DNA from: Callorhinchus milii
Taxonomy: Eukaryota
Length of the DNA stretch: 64,000 nucleotides
Direction of reading: 5' to 3'
Assembly: GCF_018977255.1 (NCBI RefSeq)
Contig: NW_024704743.1
Span: forward strand, 27,592,001-27,656,000
Positions 63,586-64,000 of the stretch are shown here, piece after piece; the first letter of the stretch is position 1, and the number at the start of each line of letters is the position of its first letter. The translations under genes and the position numbers were made by a program. The notes beneath the pieces were generated by a model that saw only the letters and a list, made by a program, of their open reading frames with translations, did not search any database and had not been told where the DNA came from.

Positions 63586-63676
63586 CACAGTGTTAACCTT
63601 GGTAAAGCACCTTTGGTGAATTGTCTTTCAAAATATTGTTCTACTTTAACATTAATAACCAAGGGAAATTTACAAC
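63586..63676. repeat. Right arm of ~90-bp inverted repeat
   Basis: Reverse complement of 61689-61779. Confidence 0.9.
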
Positions 63677-64000
63677 ATTGTGTTCTGTGCCTTTGTGTTC
63701 ACCAGTGCCTTCATTCTACAGAAAAGTTGAAACACCAAATTAATGCTCAAGCAACATATTGTTTGCATTTGAAGAATTAGAAAACCATGTTTGCTGCCTT
63801 CTCTAATACAGACTTTGAATGTAAACTCAACAAACTCTCATGATTAAATATTTTAGAAAGGGCTCAGTTAATTTGTGTAGATCATTTTTTTGTTAAATGA
63901 GTGTTTGTGTTATTATGCACAATGTGGCATTGAAAAGGGATTTTGTTTGATCAACTGGATATTTGGTATATGCAGTAACCCACCACTATGCTTAAGGCTC

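Noticed and set aside
1..64000. CRISPR array, operon or prokaryotic defence system
   Set aside because: No regularly spaced repeat-spacer units and no dense ORFs; the recurring ~50-nt motif is the dispersed LINE/SINE 3' tail

Overview
This is AT-rich, repeat-dense eukaryotic DNA. I could not support any host protein-coding gene, so it reads as intergenic DNA or a large intron. It is a mosaic of decayed retrotransposons: CR1-clade and L2-clade LINE fragments, one RTE-like fragment, a tRNA(Ala)-headed SINE family and DeuSINE (SacSINE1/AmnSINE1-like) copies. There are also two hAT/Charlie-type DNA transposon remnants and a probable solo LTR. The repeat spectrum points to a cartilaginous fish, possibly a holocephalan; this is inferred from recalled consensus sequences, not from a search. 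Every recognisable ORF is a broken LINE reverse-transcriptase piece. The most notable structures are: (i) a 1.8-kb L2 sitting in the loop of a ~90-bp near-perfect inverted repeat (61689-63676); (ii) a local ~0.7-kb duplication holding both the empty and the L2-filled version of one insertion site; (iii) an L2 whose 3' tail matches that of the dominant SINE; (iv) repeat-free blocks and splice-site-bounded segments, including an 18-nt microexon candidate. I found no evidence of a novel multi-gene system. Boundaries of old repeats are approximate.
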